DNA of 64,000 nucleotides from Cenarchaeum sp. (GTDB lineage Archaea; Thermoproteota; Nitrososphaeria; Nitrososphaerales; Nitrosopumilaceae): NCBI GenBank assembly GCA_965242695.1, contig CBDESU010000001.1, positions 576,001 to 640,000 of the forward strand, read 5' to 3'. Shown piece by piece: positions 62,524 to 64,000 of this stretch (position 1 is its first letter; each line of letters starts with the position of its first letter). The notes under the pieces were generated by a model. It saw only the letters and a program-made list of their open reading frames with translations, ran no database searches and was not told where the DNA came from. The position numbers and the translations under genes were made by a program.

Positions 62524-63024
62524 ATGGCAGTGCGGCGCGTGCACCTCGACACATGGGCGTTCATGGTGGTCCTCCTCGGGGGCAAGTATGCAAACGTCCT
62601 GATTGATATCATGCGGCAGAGCGGCCCGGGCTTGTACTCACTCGTCGCGTCACAGGCCGCGCTGGGCGAGGCCGACGCCGTAATACTGCGGCGCGGGAAG
62701 GATGCCGCCCAGATGTTCCTCTCACTTCTCGCGCTGCTCTTCGACCACCGGATCGATCCGGGCAGGTGCATGCCGCCCCTTGACGCCGCCGTGCTGGCGA
62801 TCGTCAACGAATTGATGGCCGTGGCCCCCGAGCTGGACATGACCGACAGGATCATACTTGCCCACGCCCTGGCCGATCCGGACTCTGCCTTTTTCATAAC
62901 GGGCGACTACAGGATGCTTAAAAACAACGCTGTCAAGCGATACGAAGAGCGGCTGCAGGCCCAGGGGCGCCGTCGTGAAAAGCTTGTGATTATACGCCCC
63001 ACCGCAGCATCCCACGTCTCTTGA
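62524..63024 (+). CDS. PIN-domain (VapC-like) protein, copy 2
   Basis: Paralog of 59403-59903 with SQAALGE. Confidence 0.8.
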   Translation: MAVRRVHLDTWAFMVVLLGGKYANVLIDIMRQSGPGLYSLVASQAALGEADAVILRRGKDAAQMFLSLLALLFDHRIDPGRCMPPLDAAVLAIVNELMAVAPELDMTDRIILAHALADPDSAFFITGDYRMLKNNAVKRYEERLQAQGRRREKLVIIRPTAASHVS

Positions 63025-63580
63025 TCTCGCCTAGCGCATCGTCGACGACCTCGGGGTCGCGCCGCGTCAGCTCCAGCGCCCTGTCCCTCAACCCTGCCAG
63101 ATCCCACCCGCTGTCCATGTTTAAGTCCAGCATCGTGGTCGCCGCGTCCAGCCAGGCCTTGCTCCTGCCCTCGACCATGCCCAGGAACTCGCCCTCCCGA
63201 AACGACCCGGGCAGGACGGGCTCGGCCGCGGCGTACACGGCGCTGTCCCTGTCTGCAAGCCGGTCGATGGCGTCTGCCATCTCGTACGCCGCCGGCCCGC
63301 CGCCCATGTAAATGTCAAAGTCAAACCCCATGTCCAGCCCAAAGTACAGGGCCGTGTAGGCGTACTGCTGCACCCTGTCGATCACGTCCACGCCCTCCAT
63401 GCCGTCCGCGAGCGGGGGCCCAAACTCTATCAGTCCCTTTGATGCCAGGTACTTTATGAACCGGGCAAGCGGCGGCAGCAGCTCGGCACGGGCGCTCCTG
63501 CCGAGCATGTCGAGGCGCTCCTCGCGCGACTTTCGGGGCGGGTTTACAAGGCGCTCGGGCAGCGCAACCGCAAGGGCCAT
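62990..63580 (-). CDS. YwgA/Panacea-like putative antitoxin, copy 2 (intact)
   Basis: RVQQYAYTALYFGLDMGFDFDIYMGGGP resembles the QK..Y....G....F..Y..GPYS signature. CTTATT box upstream. Confidence 0.65.
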   Translation of the reverse strand: MALAVALPERLVNPPRKSREERLDMLGRSARAELLPPLARFIKYLASKGLIEFGPPLADGMEGVDVIDRVQQYAYTALYFGLDMGFDFDIYMGGGPAAYEMADAIDRLADRDSAVYAAAEPVLPGSFREGEFLGMVEGRSKAWLDAATTMLDLNMDSGWDLAGLRDRALELTRRDPEVVDDALGEIKRRGMLRWGV

Positions 63581-64000
63581 GCCGGCGCCCGACGCGCAGG
63601 GCCCAATAAGCCTTTGCGTGCGGGCCGCGCGGGATCACGCACGGAAGGGAGGAACAGCGCCCCCTTCGCCGCTGTGATTCCACTCGGTCGCGGTCGCCGC
63701 CGCCCCGAACCATGGTGTGACTGCGGCGTGGTAAGCGAACCGTGCCGGTGCGGGATGGAAGATGTCGTGCACAGGCCGCCGCACAGAGGCCGTCGTTCGT
63801 GTGGCCCATGCCGGTTGGTCCGTGCGCTGACGCCCTCCGCTCTGCGGGGGCGGCGGCGCCCGCGGCCCCGCCACAGATCGACGCTAGGGATGCGGGCTCT
63901 TGGATGCGGGAAGTAAGGCCGGACCGCCGCCTGCGCACCATGAAAAGGCGCCGCTGCGGGCGGATGGACCCGTGCGATGCCGCCGCCCCGCGGTGTGCCG

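Noticed and set aside
1-64000. Provirus, integrative element, tRNA or rRNA genes
   Set aside because: No integrase, terminase, capsid, att repeats or recognisable structural RNA by eye; a tRNAscan-SE/Infernal run would be needed to exclude small RNAs.

Overview
GC-rich archaeal genomic window. It is most likely a Nitrososphaerota (Thaumarchaeota, Nitrosopumilaceae, Cenarchaeum-like host-associated) genome, inferred from a CFI-box-CTERM sorting signal, TATA boxes about 25-30 nt upstream of apparently leaderless starts, and the housekeeping genes. It holds two giant surface-protein genes: an about 12.5-kb repeat gene broken by many indels, and an intact 3021-aa NHL beta-propeller protein. There are two restriction-modification enzymes (3' end of an MmeI-like gene; a complete Type ISP enzyme) and a DUF262 protein. 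Housekeeping genes include ilvA, an MqnE/CofH-like radical SAM enzyme, an Lrp regulator, a J-domain protein and an FAD oxidoreductase. The window is unusually dense in duplicated toxin-antitoxin/conflict modules: (i) two divergent HEPN-like(Rx4H)-TPR fusions, (ii) a TPR protein with an antitoxin-like tail coupled to a RelE-like toxin, (iii) six Panacea/YwgA-like-UPF0175 antitoxin paralogs with two interrupted PIN toxins, (iv) tandem convergent PIN/YwgA-like cassettes, and (v) DUF5678-aspartyl protease pairs. A complete IS630 element and a 91-bp palindromic MITE both sit in C-TA-G targets within these modules. I saw no rRNA, tRNA or CRISPR array. All family assignments come from motif recognition by eye, with no database search. 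Many single-base frameshifts may be long-read consensus errors.
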